Assembly: GCA_963845755.1 (NCBI GenBank)
Contig: CAWJTV010000025.1
Coordinates: forward strand, 1-64,000
Origin: an uncultured Planctomycetota bacterium
Lineage (GTDB): Bacteria; Planctomycetota; Planctomycetia; Isosphaerales; Isosphaeraceae
Direction of reading: 5' to 3'
Length of the DNA stretch: 64,000 nucleotides
Numbering within the stretch: the stretch's first letter is position 1; every line of letters begins with the position of its first letter. Shown piece after piece: positions 12,510-22,036 of the stretch. Under the pieces are notes generated by a model. That model made no database searches. It was given only the letters and a program-made list of their open reading frames with translations, and was not told where the DNA came from. A program made the translations under genes and the position numbers.

Positions 12510-12536
12510 TCGTCGCGGTGGCATTGGAGTCGTCCA

Positions 12537-13855
12537 ATGGCCAGCCTTCAACAGCGTGCCGGCACCTACCGGGTGATCTTCCGGTTCCACGGCAAGCAGC
12601 ACTTCGTGATGATCGGCAAGGTCTCGCTGCAGGAGGCCGAGGCGAAGTCCGCCCAGGTCGAGTACCTGCTGATGCGGCTCAAGCAAGGGCTGATCGAGCT
12701 GCCCCCCGGCATCGACATCGTCGAATTCGTCCAGCACGACGGCAAGCCGCCCGCGCCGGCGACCCCGTCAGCGCCAGCCGCAAGACCCTGACACTGGCGA
12801 CGCTCCGTGACCGTTACCTGGCAACGCGGGTGAGGGGGCGGGAAAAGAACACGCTCTATACCGACCGCATCCACTTCAACCACCTGGTCGCCACCCTCGG
12901 CGACAAATTCCCGCTCGAAGGGTTGGGCCAGGCCGACTTGCAGCGGCACGTCGAACGCCGGGCCGGGCTCGACATTTCCCCGGTGACGATCAAGAAGGAA
13001 ATCACCACGCTTCGGACCGCCTGGTATTGGGCCGTCCAGACCGGCTTGCTTTCGGGCGATTACCCGAACAAGGGCTTGATCTATCCCAAGGGCGACGAAT
13101 TGCCGCCGTACCAGACCCGCGAGGAAATCGAGCGGCAGGTGGCGGCAGGCAATCTGACGCCGGAAGAGATTGAGGATCTGTGGGATGCCCTCTATCTCCG
13201 GCCGCACGAGATCGCCGAATTGCTGGAGCATGTCCGCACCCACGCCAGGCACCCGTGGATTTATCCGCTCGCGTGCATGGCCGGGCATACCGGGGCCAGG
13301 CGAAGCGAGCTGATCCGCATGCTGGCGCCGGACGTGGATTTCGCGGGCGGCAGCGTCGTCATCCGCGAGAAGAAGCGGGTGAAGAACAAACGCTCGACCC
13401 GCCGGGCACCGCTGACGCCGCTGCTCAGGGATGCCCTCCAGGCTTGGCTTGCCGCCCACCCCGGCGGCCCGGCGCTGTTCTGCCAATCCGGCGAGATCGC
13501 CCATAGCAAGAAGCGGAGCCGCACGACCGGCCATCAGAACGGCAAGGGGAGGGCGACGACGCTTAAGGGCCGCACGGCGTCTCTGAAGAATCGAGAGAAG
13601 ACGCCTGGGCCGGAGCCGCTAACGGTCGGTGAATGCCACGACCATTTCAAGCGGACGCTGGCCGGATCGAAATGGCAGGTGGTACGCGGCCTGCACACGC
13701 TCCGCCATTCGGTCGCGTCGTGCCTCGCGGCGGCGGGCGTCGATCAACGGATCATCGACGATATGCTGGGCCATGTATCGGAAGAGATGCGGCGGCGCTA
13801 CCGCCACCTGACGCCGGAGTTCAAGAGTCAGGCAGTGCTTTCCGTATTCGGCTGA
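12537..13855 (+). CDS. Tyrosine recombinase/integrase; frameshift near 12775
   Basis: N-terminal arm-binding-like MASLQQRAGTYRVIFRFHGK; catalytic GARRSE, HTLRHS, MLGH and RRY; adjacent to the tRNA. Confidence 0.92.
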
Positions 13856-14121
13856 CGGCGGCGGTCCGGCAATAGCCCCTCCCGCTGAAACCGGAGCAAT
13901 TCGGCGTGGGGGATGACCCACGAGGCATGCTTACCGCGTCCACTGGCCTTCTTCAGAGCCCGGATGCGCCCCAGGCGGCAGTATTCCCTGCACGTGAAGG
14001 CTTCACGCCCAACGATCCTTGCGAATTCTTCGGGCGTGTAGTAATCCCGCACCGCCTGCCGCTCGACCAGTTGGTGAAGCATGGCCTCGATGCGGCTCAG
14101 GCGTTCTTCAAGCGCTTCCAT
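13828..14121 (-). CDS. Helix-turn-helix excisionase-like DNA-binding protein
   Basis: YYTPEEFARIVGREAFTCREYCRLGRIRA..W.I pattern; convergent with and overlapping the integrase 3' end. Confidence 0.8.
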   Translation of the reverse strand: MEALEERLSRIEAMLHQLVERQAVRDYYTPEEFARIVGREAFTCREYCRLGRIRALKKASGRGKHASWVIPHAELLRFQREGLLPDRRRQPNTESTA

Positions 14122-14279
14122 CGTTCCAGCTCCTCACGGCAAATGCGGTAGAATTCGCGGTCGGCATCGACCCATTCCTCTTCCCGAAGGCATACCTGGA
14201 TGACGGACCGGCACCGCCGGGCGATGCGAATCGCCGCCTCATGCGTCCGGTGGTCGGTCGGCACCTGGTCACTATTCAT
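14097..14279 (-). CDS. Small hypothetical protein, 60 aa
   Basis: MNSDQVPTDH..CREELERWKRLKNA; overlaps both neighbours in an operon-like manner. Confidence 0.6.
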   Translation of the reverse strand: MNSDQVPTDHRTHEAAIRIARRCRSVIQVCLREEEWVDADREFYRICREELERWKRLKNA

Positions 14280-15030
14280 CTCGTCCCCCCCGGCCCTTTT
14301 CCTGGCCGCGATCGTGCCATGGCTCCGGCCGGTAGGGCCGCTTATCACGGGCGATTTCGCTGGGTGAGGGGAGCCGGTCCCGCACCGCCTTGACCTCGCC
14401 GAAGCCGTCCATCCCGACGCGATTGGCGTGGTCCTGCGGGTCAACGACCACGTCAGCGGTTAGACGGCCAAAAGCCTCGATGCGCGACGGTTGTTCAGGT
14501 TCCTGGGCGAGATCAACGGGCAGCCGCCCGAAATCCGAAGCATGAGCAGATTCACCACTATTCGCCCGAGCTTCCGCCACGTCACGCGCGGCATAGTACA
14601 TGATGCGGCCCTGATCCTCGAAGGTCAGGCCGCGCTCCATGTATTTGCCCCAATCCACGTAATCCTCAATCATTACTTCACGGTCAGTGACAGGCAGATC
14701 ATTAAATGCCAAACCCCCATCGCCTGGTTCGTAATTCCACCCTGCCACCCGTATTTCCGACTCGACGTAGGTAGCGCTTTTGATCTGGTCGAGTTCAGCC
14801 GCCAATTCCTTGGCATCGGCGTTGCCGAGAACGGCTGGTATGTATGACTGCCGGACATAATCCGGCGGATCAGTGGTGTCCGGCCGCATGGCCTTGAATT
14901 CCGCATTTGGCGTTTCGGCATCCTCATACTTGACCTCCCTGTCACGAAGATGCGCCAGACCTGAATCATGCTGCATCTCGGCTTGCAGAGCCTTCATGCG
15001 TTCGCCGGTGTACCGGCTATCGTCCGTCAT
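14272..15030 (-). CDS. Hypothetical acidic protein of the mobile element, 252 aa
   Basis: Intact ORF with GGGGAG RBS; tail RGQEKGRGGRDE. Confidence 0.7.
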   Translation of the reverse strand: MTDDSRYTGERMKALQAEMQHDSGLAHLRDREVKYEDAETPNAEFKAMRPDTTDPPDYVRQSYIPAVLGNADAKELAAELDQIKSATYVESEIRVAGWNYEPGDGGLAFNDLPVTDREVMIEDYVDWGKYMERGLTFEDQGRIMYYAARDVAEARANSGESAHASDFGRLPVDLAQEPEQPSRIEAFGRLTADVVVDPQDHANRVGMDGFGEVKAVRDRLPSPSEIARDKRPYRPEPWHDRGQEKGRGGRDE

Positions 15031-15622
15031 TGGATTACTCCCCAGAGCGTGACATGCCCTCCGTGGCCGGATGATCGTCGGAATTCAAAAGCTCGCCGCA
15101 ATGTTCCGGTCCATGCCGCCAGCGGCCCATTCTGCGGTCAGAGGAGCCTCACGCCATTTCAAGACCGGTCAGGCTTCCCGCCAGCGATGCTTCCAGCATG
15201 CCCCTGCTGGCCGCTGGCATATGCCGCAAATGGTCGTGGAAATACGCGAACACATCATCGAGCAGCGGATCGCCGGCGCTCAAACGCCTAGCGTCCATAG
15301 CGACCCTGAAGATGAGCGACGTCGCGTCGCAGTGCTTCAGGTCATGCTCATCATCCGAGGCAGGAGCGGTGCGGATGATCTCAACGATAGCCGCCTCTGC
15401 CGAATGGCATTAAGTTAAGCGTAAAGATAGTGTCCGATTGCACTTAGGGTCGATTTCCCCCTCCACGATCAGAAATAGTTTAGATATGCTCGCTCGATGC
15501 CCAGATCGAAAACGCCCTGGATACAGGCCGCATGGAACGAGCTAGATATCAACATTCCGCCCAAATCGCCGAAAACATGCTAGACGCAAACCGTTTGGAG
15601 ACCAGGAGTTAAAATTAACTTC

Positions 15623-16470
15623 ATGCCATTCGGGAAATCCTGGTATTGCCAGTTCTACTGGCAGAACCGCCGTTTTACATTCGGCGTCGGCCGGGTCACG
15701 AGGCCGAAGGCCGATGCCAAGGCGACCAAGGCTGGCGAGATCGTCGAGCTGCTCGAGCGAGGCGTGCTGAAGCTGCCCGACGGCATGAGCGTCGCCGCCT
15801 TCGTCAAGCATGAGGGCCATCCGCCGTCACTCGCGGAATCGCAGAAGATTTCGCAGAAGTCGTCGGTCGGCGAGTTGAGGGACGGCTATCTCAAGGTCCA
15901 CCCGGAGGCCCAGGAGTCCAAGACTCTCTATACCTCCCGCATCCATCTCAACCACCTGGTCGAGACGCTCGGGACGGACTTCGACCTGCGGAAGCTCGAA
16001 CTGTCGCACCTTCAGAAGCACGTGGATCGTCGCTGCTCGAAGATCTCTCCAAGTACGGCCGCCAAAGAGATCTCAACATTCCGCGCCACCTGGAACTGGG
16101 GCGTGCGGATGAAGTTAGTGTCCGGTCCCTGCCCGATGATGGGACTGGTCTACCCTAAGACCGACGAAAAGCCGCCGTTCCAGACTCGGGCCGAGATTGA
16201 GCGACAACTGGATGACCTAACCAGGAGGCAGCGTGAGGAGCTCTGGGACGCCCTCTACCTCACACTGCCGGAAATCGACGCATTCCTGGCAGACGTGAAA
16301 GCCTCAGCGCTCCATCCGTGGATTCACCCGCTGGTGGCGACGGCCGCGCATGCCGGGCTCCGTCGGAGCGAGTGAGTTCGCGTCAGGAGAGCGGATGTCG
16401 ATTTCGAGGCGAGGATCCTGACCGTGCGGGAGCGGAAACGAACCAAGGGAAGGCGGACCACACGGAGAGG
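15623..16470 (+). pseudogene. Second integrase paralog, with a stop at 16375 and truncated near 16470
   Basis: Colinear with 12537..13855 (TLYTSRIHLNHLV, KEISTFRATWNW, LWDALYL, HPWIHPL, GLRRSE*..VDF..TVRERKR); lacks HxxR and Tyr. Confidence 0.88.
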
Positions 16471-16690
16471 CTGTGATTTTTTGGGCATCCGGGTTGATTC
16501 TGAGTCGTGTTCACGATATAATACCACGCATTCAGTTGGATCATGCGGCTTCAGGCGCCTCACGCTTGGCAGGGACCACGTCATGACATCCCCCCTGTTT
16601 GACCCTCACGATTTGCCCGAGCCGCCGACTCCCGCCCAAGCGGCCCAGGCCTTGCCCCCGGGCAAGCCCCGCTTGCGACTCCCCCAACGT
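16467..16690 (+). mobile_element. Left end plus transposase N-terminus of an IS (IS1182-like), truncated
   Basis: GAGGCTGTGA end-like sequence exactly where integrase homology stops; ATG 16583 MTSPLFDPHDLPEPP..GKPRLRLPQR then abuts the SDR. Confidence 0.5.
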
Positions 16691-17158
16691 CAGCGAGCCG
16701 GCGCCGCTCGACACGTTGACGACACGGGCCCCCGGCGTCTCGCGCAGGATCGGCAACATCGCCTGATAGATGGCGAAGGGGCCGAACACGTTGGTCTCGA
16801 ACACCGCACGCACTTCATCGAGGGGTACGGCGCTCGGGCTGAACACCTTCGAATATTCCTCGACGGTCACGCCCGGCCGCCGTCGCGTATGCGAGATGGC
16901 CGCGTTGTTGACGAGCACATCGAGGCGGCCGAACTCTTTCCGCACTCGCTCGGCCGCGGCGGCGATCGAAGCCTGATCCGTCACGTCAAGTTGGAGCGCG
17001 CGGGCGTCCGGCCCGACTTCCTTGACCGCAGCCTCGCCTCGGCCGAGATTGCGCGACCCGACCATCACGGTGAAGCCGTGTGCCACGAGATCCTTCGCGA
17101 TCTGAAGACCGATCCCTTGATTGGCCCCGATGACCAGGGCGACGGGTTTGTCGTGCAC
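16686..17158 (-). pseudogene. Short-chain dehydrogenase/reductase, 3'-truncated
   Basis: VALVIGANQGIG, LDVTD, LDVLVNNA, VVNVSSGAGS; the YxxxK motif is missing because the gene ends at the IS junction. Confidence 0.85.
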
Positions 17159-17325
17159 GGTCGTCTCCTGATGTGGTTTGGTGTCTGGGAAACGGCCCCC
17201 GATCCCACCGCCGCGCGGTCGGTGATGTGGCCAAACGCCGACTCACTGTGTTAAAACGGTAGCGTAGGCGGAACCGTGTTCCGTTAATATTCGGAACCAT
17301 GTTCCGTTTGTCAAGGGGAGCCACG

Positions 17326-17943
17326 GTGAGCAGCAAGAAAGAGGACCAAGGCGAGGACTCGCCATCCCGCGGCCGCACGGATCGACGCCTACGCGCCGAC
17401 GCCCAGCGCAACATCGACGCGTTGCTCGAGGCGGCAAAGGCCGTGTTCGTCGCCTCAGGCGTGGACGCACCGGTGCGAGAAATCGCGGAGAAGGCGGGCG
17501 TCGGCCTGGGCACGGTTTACCGCCACTTCCCGCAGCGATCTGGCCTGATCGTGGGCGTCTTCCGCCGCGAGGTCGACTCCTGTGCTGACGCCGCGGCGGT
17601 CCTGGCAGCCGAGTATGAAGCCGGCGAGGCCCTGGCCCGGTGGATCCGGCGTTACGTCAACTTCATCTCCGCGAAACGCGGGCTTGCCGCAGCGCTGCAC
17701 TCGGGCGACCCGGCCTATAACGCCCTGCCGGCCTACTTCAAAGAGAAGCTCTGCCCCGCGCTCCAGACTCTGCTTGATGCGGCGGCCGCGGCGGGCAAGG
17801 TGCGAGGCGGCGTCGAGCCCTACGAGTTGCTACGGGCGGTCGCCAGCCTCTGCACGCCCGGCCACGACGTCGGGCCCGATCACGCCCGACGCATGGTTGA
17901 CCTGCTCATCGACGGGCTACGCTTCGGCGCGACCACGCCGTAG
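17326..17943 (+). CDS. TetR/AcrR-family regulator
   Basis: LRADAQRN..LLEAAKAVF..REIAEKAGVGLGTVYRHFP; divergent from the SDR. Confidence 0.92.
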   Translation: MSSKKEDQGEDSPSRGRTDRRLRADAQRNIDALLEAAKAVFVASGVDAPVREIAEKAGVGLGTVYRHFPQRSGLIVGVFRREVDSCADAAAVLAAEYEAGEALARWIRRYVNFISAKRGLAAALHSGDPAYNALPAYFKEKLCPALQTLLDAAAAAGKVRGGVEPYELLRAVASLCTPGHDVGPDHARRMVDLLIDGLRFGATTP

Positions 17944-17987
17944 TCACGCAGCTCGTCTCAGCTCAGATTACTCGCGAGCGGGAACTC

Positions 17988-18875
17988 TCAGACCGCGGGC
18001 CAGTTCATGTGGTCGAGGTCCTCGATCATCCCGGCCTCCTGCGTCGGGTGCCATCCCAGCCGCTCTTGCGTCAGCGCGCTCGACGCCGGGCCGTCCGTAC
18101 CGGCGAAGAACCCGAGCCAGCCGAAGTGGCCGGCGGTCTCCTCCGAAGACTTGGAGACAACCGGCAGCTTCAAGCCCCGGCCGATGGCTTCTGCGATCTC
18201 TCGAAGCGGCACTCCCTCTTCGGCGACCGGGTGATACCTCGCCCCGGCCGATCCCTTCTCGAGCGCGAACCGGTAGAGGGGAGCGGCATCGAGCAGGTGG
18301 ACCGCGGGCCAGCGATTGAGCCCGTCGCCGACGTAAGCCGAGACGCCCTTCTCGCGGGCAAGGGCGATCAGAAAGGTGACCAGGCCTTGCTTGCGCGTGT
18401 CATGGACCTGCGGCAAGCGCACCGCGGACACGCGCACCCCGCGCGCCGCAAACGGCAACGCCGCCTGTTCTGAAATACGGGGAAGCGGCGAGTCCGATGG
18501 AATGTCGTCGTCCTCCTTCGCGAGGCTCCCAGGGGTGAGAAACAGCCCGGAGGTGACGACCAAGGGGCGATTCGAGCCCGCGAGTTCGCCGCCCATCGCC
18601 TCGATGGCGCGTCCGTCGATTTCGCAGACCTCCTGGAACCTTGAGAAGTCCACGACGAAGCCGAGGTGGATCACCCCGTCCGACGCCGCCGCGCCTTCGC
18701 GCAGGCTGTCCAGGTCTTCGAGGTCGCCCCGGTGCACTTCGGCCCCGGCGGCGGTGAGAGCCGCGGCATTCGCGTCCGAACGGGCGAGGCCCAGCACCGT
18801 GTGCCCCGCCTTGATGAGATCCTGAACGACGGCGGTACCAATGAAGCCCGTGGCGCCGGTAACGAAAACGCGCAT
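17988..18875 (-). CDS. NAD-dependent epimerase/dehydratase (extended SDR)
   Basis: MRVFVTGATGFIG, GDLED, VIHLGF, RLPQVH, WPAVH. Confidence 0.92.
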   Translation of the reverse strand: MRVFVTGATGFIGTAVVQDLIKAGHTVLGLARSDANAAALTAAGAEVHRGDLEDLDSLREGAAASDGVIHLGFVVDFSRFQEVCEIDGRAIEAMGGELAGSNRPLVVTSGLFLTPGSLAKEDDDIPSDSPLPRISEQAALPFAARGVRVSAVRLPQVHDTRKQGLVTFLIALAREKGVSAYVGDGLNRWPAVHLLDAAPLYRFALEKGSAGARYHPVAEEGVPLREIAEAIGRGLKLPVVSKSSEETAGHFGWLGFFAGTDGPASSALTQERLGWHPTQEAGMIEDLDHMNWPAV

Positions 18876-18969
18876 GGTGACCCTTTCGGTGAAGGCGTGG
18901 AAATCCGTGCGGCCCGGAGGGCCGATCACGTGGAACTGGTGGCAAAATGGCCGGTCAAAGCGGTGGCTA

Positions 18970-19554
18970 CTACGGGCAGAGCCCGTCCATCAGCAATTGC
19001 CAGACGTCCTCGTACGCCGCGTCGATGGCCGGGTCGCCCCACTCGGCGGCGTGGGCCGGATGGTGGAACTTGGATGTGGCGACCAGCACCGCCCGGCCCA
19101 TGGCCACGGGATCGACATTGCGGAACGTGCCTTCCTCCACGCCGGAGGCGATGATCTTCGCGATAAGATTGATCATCTCCTCGACATGGGCGGCGATGAC
19201 GGACTTGGCGTCGGCCGCCAGCGTCCGGTAGGCGGTGAATAGCTCGCTATCATCCATGGCACGGCGGCGTTTGACGGCGATGAGGGCGTCGATCAGCTTT
19301 CGCAGCCGCTTGGGGGCCGGCCCTCGCTCGGCGACGATGGCCCGCAGCGTGGGCATGGTCGCCTCAAGCCACCGGCCCAGGACCATATCCCTCAGCTCGG
19401 CCTTGCTTCCCACATGCTTATGGACAGCCGTGTGGCTCACGCCCAATGCCCGGGCCACGTCCACGACGGTCGCCTTGGCCGGGCCGAACCGCCGGATGAC
19501 GTCCTCAGCCGTGACCAGGATCCGGTCGAGGGTGAGCGGGGCGTCGGGAGGCAT
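18970..19554 (-). CDS. TetR-family regulator
   Basis: ILVTAEDVIRRFGPAKATVVDVARALGVSH; FHHPAH C-terminal motif. Confidence 0.9.
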   Translation of the reverse strand: MPPDAPLTLDRILVTAEDVIRRFGPAKATVVDVARALGVSHTAVHKHVGSKAELRDMVLGRWLEATMPTLRAIVAERGPAPKRLRKLIDALIAVKRRRAMDDSELFTAYRTLAADAKSVIAAHVEEMINLIAKIIASGVEEGTFRNVDPVAMGRAVLVATSKFHHPAHAAEWGDPAIDAAYEDVWQLLMDGLCP

Positions 19555-19572
19555 GTGGGACTCTCGCGGCAA

Positions 19573-20451
19573 TCAGGACTTCGTGGCGGCGATCCCGTCC
19601 AGCTCCGCCAGGGCGTCCGCGGGCAGCGTCAGCTCGGCCGCGGCGAGGTTCTCGCGGAGGTGACCTCGCGACGAGGTGCCGGGGATCAGCAGGATATTGG
19701 GCGAGCGGTGCAGCAGCCATGCCAGGGCGACCTGCATCGGCGTGGCCCCGAGCCGTTCCGCGGCTTCGGACAGAGTGGACGATTGGATCGGCGTGAACCC
19801 GCCGAGGGGGAAGAACGGCACGTAGGGGATGCGCTGCCGGGCCAGGTCGTCGATGAACGCGTCGTCCTTGCGGTTGGCCAGGTTGTAGTAATTCTGGACG
19901 CACACGACGTCGGTGATCGCCTGCGCCTCGGCCACCTGGGCCGCGTTGACGTTGCTCAGGCCGACGTGGCGGATCAAGCCCTGCCGCTTCAGGTCGGCCA
20001 GGATCTCGACCTTATCCGCGATTGGCCCCTCCGTCGGCTCGAGCATCCCGCCGACGCGGAGATTCACGACGTCGAGCGCGTCGAGGCCGAGATTCTTGAG
20101 GTTATCGTGGACGCCCGCGATCAGGTCGTCCTTGCCGTGAGCAGGCCGCCACGAGGCGTCCTCGCCCCGGACCGCCCCGAGCTTGGTGACGATCACCAGG
20201 CTCTCGGGGTACGGGTGCAGGGCCCGGCGGATGATCTGGTTGGTGACGTGCGGGCCGTAGAAGTCGCTCGTGTCGATGTGGTCGACGCCCGACTCGATGG
20301 CCTCGCGGAGAACGGCGACGGCCTCGTCGGGGTCTTTGGGCGGCCCGAAGACGCCGGGACCTGCCAACTGCATCGCGCCGTAGCCCATGCGGTGGACCGT
20401 CAACGGTGTGCCGGGGAACGCGAACCGGCCTCCGAGCTTGGTTTCGCTCAT
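19573..20451 (-). CDS. Aldo/keto reductase
   Basis: RMGYGAMQL, HIDTSDFYG, IVTKLG, HVGLSNV, VQNYYN, LIPGTSSRGHLREN. Confidence 0.95.
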   Translation of the reverse strand: MSETKLGGRFAFPGTPLTVHRMGYGAMQLAGPGVFGPPKDPDEAVAVLREAIESGVDHIDTSDFYGPHVTNQIIRRALHPYPESLVIVTKLGAVRGEDASWRPAHGKDDLIAGVHDNLKNLGLDALDVVNLRVGGMLEPTEGPIADKVEILADLKRQGLIRHVGLSNVNAAQVAEAQAITDVVCVQNYYNLANRKDDAFIDDLARQRIPYVPFFPLGGFTPIQSSTLSEAAERLGATPMQVALAWLLHRSPNILLIPGTSSRGHLRENLAAAELTLPADALAELDGIAATKS

Positions 20452-20639
20452 GCCTTTGCTCCTGTGGGGTGTCGGACGAGAGCAAGTGTAGGCAGGCAAG
20501 TTTCAGAAGTCAAACTCTGAAACACGAAACTTATGGGTATTCACGAGCTTCAATCCTGCCAACATGCTTCGGTGTCGTTGACGAATGGGTGCGCCGTGGC
20601 AAAGGTTGGTCTGGTCTTGTCGGGAGAGTCCCGACCCCG

Positions 20640-21369
20640 CTGGAAGAAGGCGGGTAAAACGATCCGCTGACCTTCGTCCGAAAGGATTGAGGGGACAACA
20701 GCATGCGGATGAAGCGACGTGAGGCCCAGCGTCATCGGCCGGTAGAACGCCTTGTCGGTCTTCACCGGGTGGTAGAACAGCCACCCCCAGGGCGATCGCT
20801 CCTTTGCCTCGCGGTCCGGCGATTTCCGATCCCAGATCACATGGCGCCAGAGGATCGGCTCGTGGGCCGGCGTGGACCTCCAGACGGTCCCTCTATCGAC
20901 GCCGTAGTTGAAGAACACGACCAGGGCGGCGCCGCCAGTACCGGCCGATCGGATGAGAGGCGTCCCAGCCCCGCGGCCGCCCCATCTCGTGGGTGGCGAA
21001 GTAGAGGGCGTTGATCTCGGGCTTGGTCAGGTAGTGCCGGCCGGCGACGTCGCGCTGGTCCCTGGACGTGGGGAACCGCGGCGGCGCGTCGATCAGCTCC
21101 TGCTCCCAGGCCCAATAGAGGATGGCGCGGAGGTGCTCGCGGGCCTTGTTGGCCGTGCGGCCCGGATTCTCCCCCTCATCCGTGACGGCTTGCTCGTAGA
21201 CCCGGTCGAGGAACTCGCGGAGGTCCTTGCGCCGCAGTTGCTCGACGGGGATCTCGCCGCCCCACGTCTCCCACTTCCGGAGGGTCGAGAGGTAGTCGCT
21301 GCGCGTGGCGCGGGACAGGGCCTTGGCGCGCAAGTAGGCCTCCGCCGCGGTCTTGAGAGTTGTCGGCAT
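20640..21369 (-). pseudogene. Third tyrosine recombinase/integrase (different subfamily), frameshifted and truncated
   Basis: SAM-like N-terminus (TRSDYLSTLRKW, RTANKAREHLRAILYWA), HYLTKPEINALY, FFNYGVD, GWLFY..VKT; no HxxR/Y half. Confidence 0.7.
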
Positions 21370-22036
21370 CGCATCGGCCCCGGCGCCGTTAGTCACTGCC
21401 CCGCGGCCCGTCCGGTCCGCGGGAACCATCCCCAAACCTGCTGATCGGATTCGGGAATAATAAATCGAGCAGACTGTCCCCTGGGCGCTCAGGGAATCTG
21501 CCTCGGGAGGGATGCGAGTCTGACGCCTTTGCCGATTGCGGTGAGTCGCATACCGGCCCGGGTTTCCAACTTCGGTGTCGTCGGACCGACGCGACAGTCG
21601 GTTCGGATGATCGAGCGACGCCTTCAAGAGCTCTTCAGGCGAACCATCCGCTGGAGGTCGTTCATGCCCCCCCGAAGAGCTTAACTAATGGGCGGGGCGG
21701 AGAACCTCATGGCGGATGGAGCCGCTCCCCTCGCATCGTGCTCGGGTGACGGCGGACGGATTCCGTCCGCGCGTCGACCCGTCCGCTTTCTGCCCCGGAA
21801 GTCAAATGCGCCGAAGTGACGGGTGCCGATCCCGCGTCTCCTCGCCGAGCGTGCGTGCGATGGTGCCGCGGCGGTCGGTTGACCACTTCCTGCTTCGCCG
21901 CTCGCGGAAGGAGGGCCTCGCGGCGGACCCCGGCCGGCCGGCGCGGGAGTCGATCGATGCGCGGAGCCTCCGGCTCATCGAGCCGTAGAGCTGGATCGTG
22001 GCGGCGGCGCACGCGCGATCGCGACCATCCACCGCG

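Noticed and set aside
12401..12536. Extended integrase N-terminus in the ORF track
   Set aside because: Overlaps the tRNA and terminator; the real start is more likely ATG 12537 in another frame
12770..12790. Programmed frameshift in the integrase (and in other genes)
   Set aside because: No slippery heptamer seen; the paralogue at 15623 is continuous across this region; indels occur window-wide
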